Source of the DNA: an uncultured delta proteobacterium
GTDB taxonomy: Bacteria; Desulfobacterota; Binatia; UBA9968
Reading direction: 5' to 3'
Assembly: GCA_963745835.1 (NCBI GenBank)
Contig: CAVUZH010000009.1
Location: 1 to 30,136 of the forward strand
Length of the DNA: 30,136 nucleotides
Part shown: one piece after another, positions 9,660 to 19,661 of the stretch
How positions within the stretch are numbered: the first letter of the stretch is position 1
Layout: each line of letters opens with the position of its first letter
The notes under the pieces: generated by a model
The model's input: only the letters and a program-made list of their open reading frames with translations
What the model was told of the DNA's origin: nothing
Database searches by the model: none
Position numbers and translations under genes: made by a program

Positions 9660-9949
9660 CCCTATCCTCCACTAGGTTAGAATTTCGAACGCGCCTGCTA
9701 CTTCTTTGCTCGCTCCCATTCGGAAAGTATAACGAAAGCGGCACCGCGGCAACGATAACGGCGAGCGCACCACCCGAGCCGCTAAGATCAGCCAAGAAAT
9801 TCGAGTTTATTTCTGACCGAGGTGCGGTTCCGAGCGATCCTGCTCGATCTCGCTCAAACGTCTTGATCGTGATAGCTTACAAATTCTTGTAATCCACGCC
9901 TCACTTTGTCATTACGCGAGCAAAAATCGATTTAAATTTTTTCGACTCC

Positions 9950-11143
9950 ATGACTAACGAAAAATCCGCCTCCATTTGGACGCGCGCGTTTGCGCTACTC
10001 TGTCTGGCTCAATTCTTGGGATATGCGCAACATTTCATGTTGGCGCCCGTCCTGCCGCTTTACGTGACCGACCTCGGCGGATCGCCGTTCGTGGTTGGAC
10101 TCGTCCTGGCTTCTTTCGCGGTTACCAGCGTTGTCATCCGGCCTCTCGTCGGCCACTGGGCCGATCGCTGGAGCGAGACCGGCGTGCTTATCAGCGGATT
10201 GCTGTTTCAAGGCGCCAGCGTATTTCTCTGCTTAATTCCCATGATTGAAGCGGTGATGTTAGCCAATGCGCTGCGAGGCCTGGGCTGGGCCGGTCTCAAC
10301 ACCGGCGGCTATTCACTATTGGCGCTCACCGCTCCCGAGTCGAGGCGCGGCGAGGCATCGGGCTTTTACAGCGGCGTCCAGGGCGCCGCGTCGATAATCT
10401 TTCCAGCGGTCGCGCTCTGGCTAGTGACCGCATCCTTCGGTGGATTCAATGTGGTCTTTGTCACAACAGCACTGCTCTCAGTAGTGGCGGCGGGCGTTGG
10501 AGCAATGATGATGCGGTATTCACCGCGCATAATCCGGGCCCCGCAACTCGAACAAGCACGGCCGTGGTGGCGCGAAGTGTTCCACTTTGTCGAACCCGAA
10601 ATCTTGCTGCCGTCGGTTTTGCTCCTTTGGCTGAACCTAGCATTGCCGAGCATGACTAACTTCATCGTCCTATACGCCCGAGAACTGGCCGTACAAAATT
10701 TCGGCATCTACTTTATCATCTGTGGTGTAACCACTCTGCTTGCACGTCCAGGCTTAGGGCGGCTGTCCGACAAAATCGGCCGCGGCCGCTCCATTGCAGC
10801 AGGATTCATGCTGCAAGTGCTCGCGTTATCGTTGATCACTCTGGTCTCGAGTTTACCCGGGATGCTGATTGCCGGAGTGTTATATATGCTCGGCAACTCG
10901 ATCGGCAGCGCAACGATTTTAGCGCTCGCCGTTGAACGTGCAGACCCGCGCCGCCGCGGCAAAGCTATGGCGACGTTTTCAATGGCCTATCCGCTCAGTT
11001 ACGGAGTCGGTTCGCTGATGACTGGCAGCACCGTCGAAGTCGCCGGCTACGTCGGAATGTTTTTAATTCTGGCTACGGTCGAAGCCGGCGGCTTGATTTT
11101 CGCGCATGTAAACCGGCGAACCCTCAAATCTGGCGCAATTTAG
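9950..11143 (+). CDS. MFS transporter
   Basis: About 12 hydrophobic segments; motif A in both halves (GHWADRWS, GRLSDKIGRG); PESRRGEA. Confidence 0.92.
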   Translation: MTNEKSASIWTRAFALLCLAQFLGYAQHFMLAPVLPLYVTDLGGSPFVVGLVLASFAVTSVVIRPLVGHWADRWSETGVLISGLLFQGASVFLCLIPMIEAVMLANALRGLGWAGLNTGGYSLLALTAPESRRGEASGFYSGVQGAASIIFPAVALWLVTASFGGFNVVFVTTALLSVVAAGVGAMMMRYSPRIIRAPQLEQARPWWREVFHFVEPEILLPSVLLLWLNLALPSMTNFIVLYARELAVQNFGIYFIICGVTTLLARPGLGRLSDKIGRGRSIAAGFMLQVLALSLITLVSSLPGMLIAGVLYMLGNSIGSATILALAVERADPRRRGKAMATFSMAYPLSYGVGSLMTGSTVEVAGYVGMFLILATVEAGGLIFAHVNRRTLKSGAI

Positions 11144-11372
11144 AATAGACTCGACGCAAAGCTTCGCTCCCGCACTGGAGTTACTTAATCGACGGTTTCG
11201 TTGATTGATGAAGGCGCGTCTCACTTCTGCCATGTTCGGTCCGTATCGAGGGATAGCAATTGACACCGGATGGAAAGGGGAGTTATAGGGCTGCTTACGG
11301 GCTTGCCTCGAGCAGCGCCCAAGAGGTCGTGTACTGGAAGAAGCTCCTAAAGGATGGACGGAAGTGATACCA

Positions 11373-11513
11373 AAGATGAAAGCTGAAAGCGGAATTATGA
11401 ATGACGACCTTGAGGCGAGGATCAGAATAATGAATCTGAGCGATCACAAACCACCACTCATAACGCACTGGAATCAACGTTTGTTCAGCTTTCCGTTTTC
11501 AGTTTTCAGCCTT
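11373..11513. repeat. Imperfect ~30-bp inverted repeat built of ~7-nt (G)CTGAAA units; MITE-like relic
   Basis: Left arm AAGATGAAAGCTGAAAGCGGAATTATGAAT (11373-11402); reverse complement of right arm (11483-11513) AAGGCTGAAAACTGAAAACGGAAAGCTGAAC. Confidence 0.6.
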
Positions 11514-11573
11514 CGGTGCATTTCACCGGCAGTTCCGGTGTGATAACTGTGATCTAACCAAGGAGGGAATTTT

Positions 11574-12380
11574 ATGGTTGAAGCTGTGAGTGTCGATATT
11601 CCCTATACGCCCGACACCGGTGAGAAGCTGGTCAACGAAACCTTCGGTCCGAACAATATCCGTCGCCGTAAAACCGGAGCCGACGAGTTGAAATCAATGA
11701 CCGTGCACAACGGCCGGCTGCTCCTTGACCGGCTGTCGCTGGATGAGCAGGGTTTTGTATTCGTCGAACACAAGACCAAGGTTGCCGATTTCTTCGACCC
11801 TGACCAGTTGCAGTCGGTTTATTACCCCGAGGTCGAAGAGCTGATCAAAAGCGCTTCGGGCGCTGCGCGCGTGGTGATCTTCGATCATACTTTGCGCTCC
11901 GGCGATCAGAGCGAACGCGAGGCAAAGCTCATCCGAGAACCGGTACTCTCGGCGCATAACGACTATACCGAATGGTCCGGCCCGAACCGGCTACGCGAGG
12001 TTCTCCCCGATGAGGCCGAATCGTTGCTCGAGCGTCGTTTCGCGATCATTCAGGTGTGGCGCGCCATCAACCAGCCTATTCAGTCAAATCCCTTGGCCGT
12101 TGCCGACGCCAAGAGTGTCGCGCTCGACGATTTTATGATCGCCGAACGCCGTTATCCTCATCGAGTAGGGCAGACTTACCGGTTGAAGTACAATCCAAAG
12201 CATCGGTGGTTCTACTTCCCGGAGATGAGGCGAGACGAAGCTCTGGTGTTTAAGGTTTACGATTCCCAGACCGACGGCCGGGCACGGTTTACGCCGCACA
12301 CATCGTTCAAAGATCCCGCCACCCCGCCAAATGCTCCGGCGCGCCAGAGCATCGAGGTGCGCGCTTTTGCTTTCTTTTGA
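11574..12380 (+). CDS. CmcJ/NvfI-family oxidoreductase
   Basis: FDHTLR, AHNDYT, IIQVWRAI, NPLAVAD, HRWFYFPEM, FKVYDS, TPHTSF, RQSIEVR; RBS AGGAGG. Confidence 0.88.
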   Translation: MVEAVSVDIPYTPDTGEKLVNETFGPNNIRRRKTGADELKSMTVHNGRLLLDRLSLDEQGFVFVEHKTKVADFFDPDQLQSVYYPEVEELIKSASGAARVVIFDHTLRSGDQSEREAKLIREPVLSAHNDYTEWSGPNRLREVLPDEAESLLERRFAIIQVWRAINQPIQSNPLAVADAKSVALDDFMIAERRYPHRVGQTYRLKYNPKHRWFYFPEMRRDEALVFKVYDSQTDGRARFTPHTSFKDPATPPNAPARQSIEVRAFAFF

Positions 12381-12677
12381 ACGTCATCCAAAAGAAACGG
12401 GCCACGTAATGGTAAGGTACTCGTGATAGGGTAGTTCAATCGAAGCGGAGAAGCGGACCGCGAAAACACCGTCAGGTCCGCAATCACGCCGCTTTTCCCG
12501 GATAGGAACACGGTGTTTCTTTCAAACACACGATCACCCCATCATGTGATTTTGTTTTTCGTATTCAGCTTTCCAATTGCTTCTTTCCCCTGATTGCCCT
12601 TGACGGCGGAGAGCGCCTCGACTAATTTCACCCTCCTGAGCAACTGGGTTGTCGACAACGAAACACGGGGTATTTCG

Positions 12678-13662
12678 ATGATGCGCAAAGGATCATCCCT
12701 GCCGCTTTTCCTTGCTTTGACATTTCTGTCTCCAGCATCTGGCTCTTGGGGGCAGAGCTACCAACCGAGTAAACCGGTCGAATTGGTCGTACATAGCGCA
12801 GCCGGCGGCGGTTCCGATGTATTTGCTCGGGCGGTGGTCGAGATGGTGCAAAAGGAAAAGCTCCTGCCGCTGCCCCTACGTGTGGTGAACAAGACCGAAG
12901 GCGCCAGTATTGAGGCACTGTCCTATATGATGGAAAAGCCAGGCGATGATCACACGCTTGCGATCTTCACCAACACCTGGGTAGCAACTCCTCTTACGAG
13001 TAAAAGTGCTAAATACACCGCCAAAGATTTGACTCCACTAGTTCGCCTTGTTTTGGAACCGACGATCGCCGTGGTTAGAGCGGATTCGCCTTACAAAAAC
13101 ATGAACGATTTTGTCGAACCGGCAAAAAAGAGATCCCGGAGTTCTCAAACAGGCCGGCGGGTCGGCAACCGCGATCGAGAGCCTGACCGGTCTCTTGATC
13201 CAGAGCGCCACGGCTGCCAAATGGGCGTTTGTTTCAACGCCGTCGGTTAAGGACCGCATCGCTAACCTGCTGTCAGGAAACGTGCAGATCATCATTCCAC
13301 AGCCGCAAGACGTGAACGAGCACATTGCCGCCGGGAAAGTGCGGCCAATCGCAGCGCTCACCGACAAGCGTCTCACCGTCTTGCCCGACGTTCCAACTAT
13401 AAAGGAGCAGGGAATCAACGTTCCGATCATCGCAAACGCGAGAGGTGTGCTGGCGCCGCCGCGGATTGCCAGCGATGTCGGTGGATATTGGGAAGACTTC
13501 TTCGTGCGCTTGATCAAGACGCCTGGCTGGAAAAAGTACGTCGAAGAAAACCAGGTCGAGGACGTCTTCCTCAGAGGCGCCGAGCTCAGCGCATTCCTGG
13601 ACGAGCAGATCACGGTCATGCGTTCCGTACTGCAGATGGCCGGTGTTTCGGTCGCGCGTTAG
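12678..13662 (+). pseudogene. Bug/TctC-family binding protein interrupted by a +1 frameshift near 13124-13130
   Basis: N-half (AAGGGSDVFAR...VVRADSPYKNMNDFV) and C-half (KRDPG...LPDVPTIKEQG) lie in different frames and join at GGCAAAAAAGAGAT. Confidence 0.85.
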
Positions 13663-13853
13663 GACAAAAGAAGCCGCTCGCCTGTTCTGGCTACGTGCTG
13701 TGATCGCCTAAATCGTTTGGGAGGAACGCCACACGTCGAAGTACGAGTAGGTTCCACGATCATGTAACTTGCCTGCAAGGGATTAAGGATATTCTCTCAA
13801 CAACACGACCACGTGATCACGCAGCGTTCATCGTCAAGAAAGAAGGGGCAGTT

Positions 13854-14885
13854 ATGAAAAAAATCCTGTGTTCCTTGTTTGTCTTTGGGCTTATCGGCGC
13901 TGTCGCGCATGCGAGCTCGCACGAATTTTTCAAAGGTAAAACCGTCAGGCTGGTAATTGGCAATTCCACCGGCGGCGCCATGGACGATTGGGGCCGGTTT
14001 GTGGCTCAACATTTGGGACGGCACATTCCCGGAAACCCTGAAGTCCTCGTGCAAAACATGCCGGGCGCGGGCGCGATCGTCGCAGCCAACTATATTTACA
14101 ACATTGCCAAGCCCGATGGGTTGACGCTTGGGTTGGTCAATCCCGCCAACTACACGGATCAGCTTCTCGGTGCCAAGGAAGTGAAGTTCGACTGGCCCAA
14201 ATTTTCCTGGATCGGCTCGCCGGAACGCATAGACCAGGTTCTTTTTATCCGCACCGACGTGCCCTATAAAACCTTGGACGAGATGCGCAATGCTAAAGAT
14301 CCGCCGAGATGCGCGGCATTGGCGCGCGCCGGATTGGGTTACCTTCTACCCCGGCTGTTCGAGGAGGCACTCGGCGTCAAGCTCAACATGGTGCTCGGCT
14401 ATGGCGGCGGCGGCGAGATGAACCTGGCTATTGAGAAAGGCGAAGTGCACTGCCGTGCCGGAACCGTTTCGGCTTACGTCGGCCGGGAACCAACCCGGAC
14501 ATGGATTAAGAACGGAGTTGTTCGCGCTATCACCCAAAGCGGCACAAAGCGTTATCCGAAACTACCGGATGTTCCGACGCTCTACGAATTAATGGACGCG
14601 CATAAAACTCCGGATGCCACAAAGCGGGTCGCGCGGGTATTGCTTTCATCCGGCGATCACGGCCGCCCCTTTATCGCGCCACCGGCGATGCCGGCGGACC
14701 GGGTCAAAGTTTTGCGCGACGCTTTTAACAAAGCCATGACTGACCCGGCGCTGATAGCCGACGCGCAGAAAAGAAAATGGGATCTAGATCCTCTGACGGG
14801 CGAAGAGTTGGAAGCAACCGCCAAAGAAATCATGGTGCAGCCGCCGGAAGTCATCGAACGGATGAAGAAGCTGTTGGAGAATTGA
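13854..14885 (+). CDS. Bug/TctC-family substrate-binding protein
   Basis: Signal peptide, FKGKTVRLVIG, VQNMPGAG, KPDGLT, LPDVPT; clear paralogue of 6646-7674. Confidence 0.9.
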   Translation: MKKILCSLFVFGLIGAVAHASSHEFFKGKTVRLVIGNSTGGAMDDWGRFVAQHLGRHIPGNPEVLVQNMPGAGAIVAANYIYNIAKPDGLTLGLVNPANYTDQLLGAKEVKFDWPKFSWIGSPERIDQVLFIRTDVPYKTLDEMRNAKDPPRCAALARAGLGYLLPRLFEEALGVKLNMVLGYGGGGEMNLAIEKGEVHCRAGTVSAYVGREPTRTWIKNGVVRAITQSGTKRYPKLPDVPTLYELMDAHKTPDATKRVARVLLSSGDHGRPFIAPPAMPADRVKVLRDAFNKAMTDPALIADAQKRKWDLDPLTGEELEATAKEIMVQPPEVIERMKKLLEN

Positions 14886-14936
14886 CGCTGGCTATAAAGC
14901 GCGCCTCTATGACTGACTAGCTTAGCTCGACGATCG

Positions 14937-15944
14937 CTACTTCTTGCGGCCGTAGAGGCTGTCGATGTATCCGCTCTTGTCGAATTCTTCGACAAAACGG
15001 GCGTCGATGAAGTCCTCCGGCTTGGCGACCTTAGCTTTAGGGTTGGTGGCGGCGATCTGATCTATAATCGTCTTTAGCCCGGCCACCGATGGGTACTGTT
15101 TCGCCGGCAGCTTCTTCTCGTCGATCGAGCTCTCGTAGGTTCTTTGCAGCAGCTCTTTGTCCTCGAGCCGCAGATATTTGGCGGCAATCTTCAATCCAAA
15201 TGCGCGATCGCTTTTGAGCCGATGCACGGACTCGATATATGATTTGACGAAGTTGCGGACGACGTCCGGATGTTCACGCAGGTATCTTTTAGTCGTAACG
15301 CCGCCTTGATGCTGGTATGCCAGGCCCAAAGACGCGACATCCGCGAGCAAATGAAAGCCCTTCTTTTCTGCGGTAAACATCGCCGGCGGCACCAGGGTGC
15401 TACCGCTAACCCGGCGCGACTCCATCGCCGCCAATCGTTCCGGCGTGCTGCCGGTTTGCACGATAGTCACGTCTTTGCCGGGAGTAAGCCCAAGCCGAGC
15501 AAGCGCGTAGCGCGCCACAAAATCGGCTGCGCCGCCGAAACGGGCCACTGCGATGGTGCCGCCTTTGAGCTGTTCCGGCGTTTTGATTTCCGGCTGAGTC
15601 ATTAGCCAGTAGTCCAATGTGGTAATGCCGCCAACGACGTAGATTGGCTCGGCGCCGGCGAGACCGGCGCTGACGATTCCCGGTCCGGACGCTTGAATGA
15701 GCGGAGTGTCGCCGGAAATCATCGCGGTAACGGATGTGGTGCCACCGGAGAAATAAACGGTTTGCGCATCGATGTTGTTTTTGGCGAAGATGCCGGCGTC
15801 TTTAGCTACCCAGATAACGAGCTGATCCGCGCTGATTCCGCTGTAACCGATGGCGACTTTGGTCAGCTGCGCCGAAACAGATGCGCTCCAGTGCATTACG
15901 GTCAAGACGAGTACCATTCGCATCAGCGTTTTGTGCTTTTTCAT
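14937..15944 (-). CDS. NitT/TauT (NMT1/SsuA-like) ABC transporter substrate-binding protein
   Basis: Signal peptide, WVAKDAGIFAKNNID, QLKGGTIAV, GLTPGKDVTIV, FIDARFVEE; RBS GGAGG. Confidence 0.88.
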   Translation of the reverse strand: MKKHKTLMRMVLVLTVMHWSASVSAQLTKVAIGYSGISADQLVIWVAKDAGIFAKNNIDAQTVYFSGGTTSVTAMISGDTPLIQASGPGIVSAGLAGAEPIYVVGGITTLDYWLMTQPEIKTPEQLKGGTIAVARFGGAADFVARYALARLGLTPGKDVTIVQTGSTPERLAAMESRRVSGSTLVPPAMFTAEKKGFHLLADVASLGLAYQHQGGVTTKRYLREHPDVVRNFVKSYIESVHRLKSDRAFGLKIAAKYLRLEDKELLQRTYESSIDEKKLPAKQYPSVAGLKTIIDQIAATNPKAKVAKPEDFIDARFVEEFDKSGYIDSLYGRKK

Positions 15945-16149
15945 GTTGTTTCCTCCGTGCTTCCACAGGTGACGTTCGCATCCTGCGCTGTTGCCCGGAC
16001 CCGTCGATTTAATCGCCCCGCGGCGATCTCGGCGCCGTTATCGTACTCTCGTTAGTGCGCAAGGGCTTGCGTTCGAACGCAGGCAATTACCTTTACTTCT
16101 CGTTGTGCTCGCTATGTTATGAACGGTAGTGGTCGTATGGAGAGTAGTC

Positions 16150-17769
16150 TTACCAATTCAGGAGCTTCAATTTGTTCTTTGCGCTCTTGCCGATTTTGGT
16201 GCGCGGCGATTTGGCGGCGACGTGGTCCAACAGATCCTTTCCGAGGTTACGCTCTTGGCCCGATCTTTCGACAAGACTAAAGCCCAGCGCGAAATACTCC
16301 TCGGGAGCAAGACTCTTTTCCTTCTTTAATGCTTCATACAGCGGGAATGCCGAGTTACGGTACAGATCGGTGAACAGATCGAGTACCGGGTGCTGTCGAT
16401 GACTGGCCACTGAATGAGAATGTAGTTTGAGCTGCGCCAAAGCGATTTGAAATTTGTGCTCCGGCTTGAACCCGGGAAATTCTTTGAGCGGGTTAAGAAA
16501 GGCCAAGCCTTCCTTGTACCTCTTGGCTTTGATCAGACGCGCACCATGCCTGGCAAGCTGATCATAGGTTTGATCAACGTCGGCTTTCTTCATCACATGC
16601 AAGAAAGCGGTTTGAATTCGATCTTCGGCGTTAATGGCTCTGTGCAATCTGTTCCAGAGCGCGTCCAATGTATCTTGGCGCCACTTGCCTTCTGACGAAG
16701 CTAACAACTCGGCGATGCTCCACGCTTTGCTTGGTTCCTCACATGCCAGAAGCTCCTTGATCAACGCGGTGCGGGCCTCCGGCACCTTGCGCAGGGAACT
16801 TGCCGCCACATCGCGACGGCGGTAGTCGGTGTCACCCAACTGTTCGATCAACGTCCGGACCGTTCCCGGCGTGCCGAAGCCGGCCATTTTTCGCAAAGCA
16901 AATTTTTGCACTTCCGGATGGCGGCTTTCCAACAAGCGCGTCAATAGCGATCTGGAATCGTCCGGCAGCTCGTGTTTATCGAGCAGCTCCAGGGCCAAAC
17001 GGGTTACTTCCGTCATCTCGGCCTCTTCGAGTAGCGGAAACAATTTGGCGTATTCGTCTTTGTGCAGGTCCTGCTCGCGCAAACAGCGCAGCAAAGCCAC
17101 CAGTGCGTGAGAGCGCAGCACCGGATGGTGTTCGGGAGCGATGAATTTAAACAGCCAGCGACGGCCATCCACGCGGCCAAGCTGACCCAGCAAGCGGAGG
17201 CACGAAACCAGCGCCGGTCGCTGCTGTTTCTCGTCCAGCTTCTTGCCAAACCCTTCGAGCTCATCGTAGAAAAGCGCCTGCTCTTTAACATCCATTTCGC
17301 GGATCGCCGGAGTCATCAAATCGCAAACTGATTTATTAAAGTCATCGCTTCCCGCCCGGAGCATTTCCAACAACGCCAGCCGCGCGCTCGACCCCTGAAT
17401 GGCGCAGAGAATGCGCGCGGCATTGAACTGCCAGGGTCGTGACGCGCCGACAAAAGTTTTGATCAGCGGATCGACCACAGCGGTGCCCGCCTGACTCAAC
17501 AGGCGAACAGCCCGTTCTTGTACGTCGCGATCCGGATCGTCGAGAAGTTTTAGAAAGCGTGGAGTTCCAGCCTTGGCTTGGACCTGCTCGAAATAACGCA
17601 AGGCGTAATCTTTGAGGACGGGATTGGCATGCTCTAGCATCGCCCCTACGGTCTTAGTGATTTCCGAGCTCTGTAATTTCAGAGCTCCGAGCACCAGCAA
17701 TGACGCGCAACGCTGCTCAACGGTGCCCTTGTCGGCCAATCCGAGTATTTGGTTCAGAACTTTGTCCAT
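16150..17769 (-). CDS. HEAT/ARM-repeat alpha-helical protein, function unknown
   Basis: 539-aa Leu/Ala-rich ORF with HEAT-like units (LLDDPDRDVQERAVRLL, LLESRHPEVQKFALRKM, LGDTDYRRRDVAASSL). Confidence 0.8.
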   Translation of the reverse strand: MDKVLNQILGLADKGTVEQRCASLLVLGALKLQSSEITKTVGAMLEHANPVLKDYALRYFEQVQAKAGTPRFLKLLDDPDRDVQERAVRLLSQAGTAVVDPLIKTFVGASRPWQFNAARILCAIQGSSARLALLEMLRAGSDDFNKSVCDLMTPAIREMDVKEQALFYDELEGFGKKLDEKQQRPALVSCLRLLGQLGRVDGRRWLFKFIAPEHHPVLRSHALVALLRCLREQDLHKDEYAKLFPLLEEAEMTEVTRLALELLDKHELPDDSRSLLTRLLESRHPEVQKFALRKMAGFGTPGTVRTLIEQLGDTDYRRRDVAASSLRKVPEARTALIKELLACEEPSKAWSIAELLASSEGKWRQDTLDALWNRLHRAINAEDRIQTAFLHVMKKADVDQTYDQLARHGARLIKAKRYKEGLAFLNPLKEFPGFKPEHKFQIALAQLKLHSHSVASHRQHPVLDLFTDLYRNSAFPLYEALKKEKSLAPEEYFALGFSLVERSGQERNLGKDLLDHVAAKSPRTKIGKSAKNKLKLLNW

Positions 17770-17833
17770 AGTGACGGTTGAACGTCATCCATGGCCAAAA
17801 GTCAAGAAATCGGCTTGACTGGCGCGAGAGCAC

Positions 17834-17867
17834 AAAAAAAGGCCCAATCTCGCATGAGATTGGGCCT
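17834..17867 (-). terminator. Rho-independent terminator of pal
   Basis: 12-bp stem AGGCCCAATCTC/GAGATTGGGCCT with 4-nt loop; A7 on the plus strand gives the U tract on the minus strand. Confidence 0.88.
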
Positions 17868-17945
17868 CCGGAAGTCAAGTTGAAGCCTGTTTGATCGGAT
17901 GAATTCTTGACAGCCAGCCGTTAAGCGAACTCTCTCGGGCGGTAA

Positions 17946-18515
17946 TTACGACGCGGGACGCCCGGAGGTCACAATGAACCGAGCACGGCGGTTCTTTTCC
18001 CAACACGAATCGCTGTTTTCTCTGCACACCGGGATTTCTTCACCGTAACTAATCATCGACAGCCGGCTTGCCGGAACACCGAGGGTCTCAAGATAGTCCT
18101 TGCTTGCCTGGGCGCGCTTGGAACCCAAAGCTAGGTTATACTCGACCGTTCCGCGCTCGTCGCAATGGCCCTCGATCTGCACTTGGGCCGCGGGATTCGC
18201 CTTGAGCCAATCCGAGTTTGCCTTCAGGATCGAACGGGCATCTGCCGATAAATCGGAGCGGTCGAAGGCGAAGAAAACATCTTTCAGCGGGCCTGAACCG
18301 GCCATGCCTCCTTTTTGTAAATCGTCGAGGCTACCACCAGAAGATTTTTCGGCCTTGTTTTCAGCTACCGGTTTTTGAGCGGCCGCAGCCGTTGATTTTG
18401 CAGATGATGATGCGCTCGGATTTTCGGTCGTCCACTTTGGCTCTGGAGGATTTACCGGGTTTCCGCAACCTAGCAAACTAATCATCGCTATTAGACTCCA
18501 ACTGCGAACAGACAT
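17946..18515 (-). CDS. pal: Peptidoglycan-associated lipoprotein
   Basis: Lipobox LLGC; OmpA-like domain VFFAFDRSDL, IEGHCDERGTVEYNLALG, ISYGEE, KNRR. Confidence 0.92.
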   Translation of the reverse strand: MSVRSWSLIAMISLLGCGNPVNPPEPKWTTENPSASSSAKSTAAAAQKPVAENKAEKSSGGSLDDLQKGGMAGSGPLKDVFFAFDRSDLSADARSILKANSDWLKANPAAQVQIEGHCDERGTVEYNLALGSKRAQASKDYLETLGVPASRLSMISYGEEIPVCRENSDSCWEKNRRARFIVTSGRPAS

Positions 18516-18626
18516 TTAGACTCTCCTTTCGAACTCGTGATTATTTGGGTTGAGAAGCCGGACAAGCAGCTGAAACGGCTCGAATTGTGATGCATTACAT
18601 TAGAAGTGTCAACTAAATTGTTTCCA

Positions 18627-19529
18627 GTAGCGTTTTAAATTTTTTCTCAGTGAGGGGATAGATGCTCCAGGTCGATGGCTCCCCGCACGACTGGCTCCAA
18701 GGACGAGGGTCGCGCCTTTGTCTGATCGGGGCCATCGACGATGCCACGAGCAAAGTCATGGGAGCCTTTTTTGCCCCGGCCGAGAGCTCCTGGGGTTACT
18801 TTCACCTGTTCTGCGAGATCTTCAAGCAGCATGGAGTGCCCCAGTCGATCTATACCGACTGTCACTCGGTATTCTGGACCGACCGGGAACCGACGTTAGA
18901 GGAGCAGTTGATCAACAGAAAACCGACTACCGAGGTGGGCCGAGGGTTAGAAGAGCTGGGGGTGACCTTGATCCTAGCCCATTCCCCTCAGGCCAAGGGA
19001 AGAATCGAGAGACTGTGGAACACTTTCCAGGATCGACTGGTCAGTGAGCTGCGGCTGGCCAAGGCCAAGACCGTGGAACAGGCAACCGTGGTCCTGAATC
19101 GTTATCTCATCGTTCATAACCGTAGATTCGCTCAGCCCGCTAAAGCAGAGCCGGCCTGGAGAAAACTCAGTGCGCTTAAAATCGAAAGGGCTTTGTGTTT
19201 CAAACAACAGCGTACCGTGGCCAAGGACAACACCGTGACTTTCGAAGGTTCGGTCTTGCAGATCCCTAAGACCTCGCCCTTTCGCTCCTATGCCAACAAG
19301 AGAATCGATGTGCATGTGCTTCTCGATGGCGCGGTGGAGTTTTTCTACAACACCGAGAAAATCGCAACCTTCGATTCAAAAACAACGCACACAATTGGCC
19401 TATATCGAACGAACGGTACGAAGGTGGGGTTCCGCTATGGTCCGCTTTCTACGCTGGCGACTTTACCTCAGGTGTCACCCTGACATTTTTACGTTGCTGT
19501 TAACATGACATATTGACGTTGCTACGACA
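18627..19529 (+). mobile_element. Internally deleted ISNCY/IS1202-like insertion sequence with long target-site duplication
   Basis: Flanked by (A)CTAAATTGTTTCCA at 18612-18626 and 19529-19543. Right end has two tandem sites, TGACATTTTTACGTTGCT (19481) and TGACATATTGACGTTGCT (19506), ending ...GACA. Confidence 0.8.
18662..19483 (+). pseudogene. 5'-truncated DDE transposase (ISNCY/IS1202 type, rve-like core)
   Basis: Begins at LQVDGSPHDW; has IDDATS, IYTD, SPQAKGRIERLWNTFQDRL. The N-terminal HTH region expected for this family is absent. Confidence 0.85.
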
Positions 19530-19661
19530 CTAAATTGTTTCCAAGTAGCTCGCATTGGAAATCTATAGGCCGCGCTTCTGGTAATTCGCCGCCATCCTGA
19601 AATAGAGTACACAAGCGGCCTCAGCCGCTAATCAATATATATACTTAGGGAGGATGTACTT

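Noticed and set aside
13121-13135. Programmed -1 ribosomal frameshift at A_AAA_AAG
   Set aside because: The downstream TctC half is in the +1 frame, so a -1 shift would not restore the protein.
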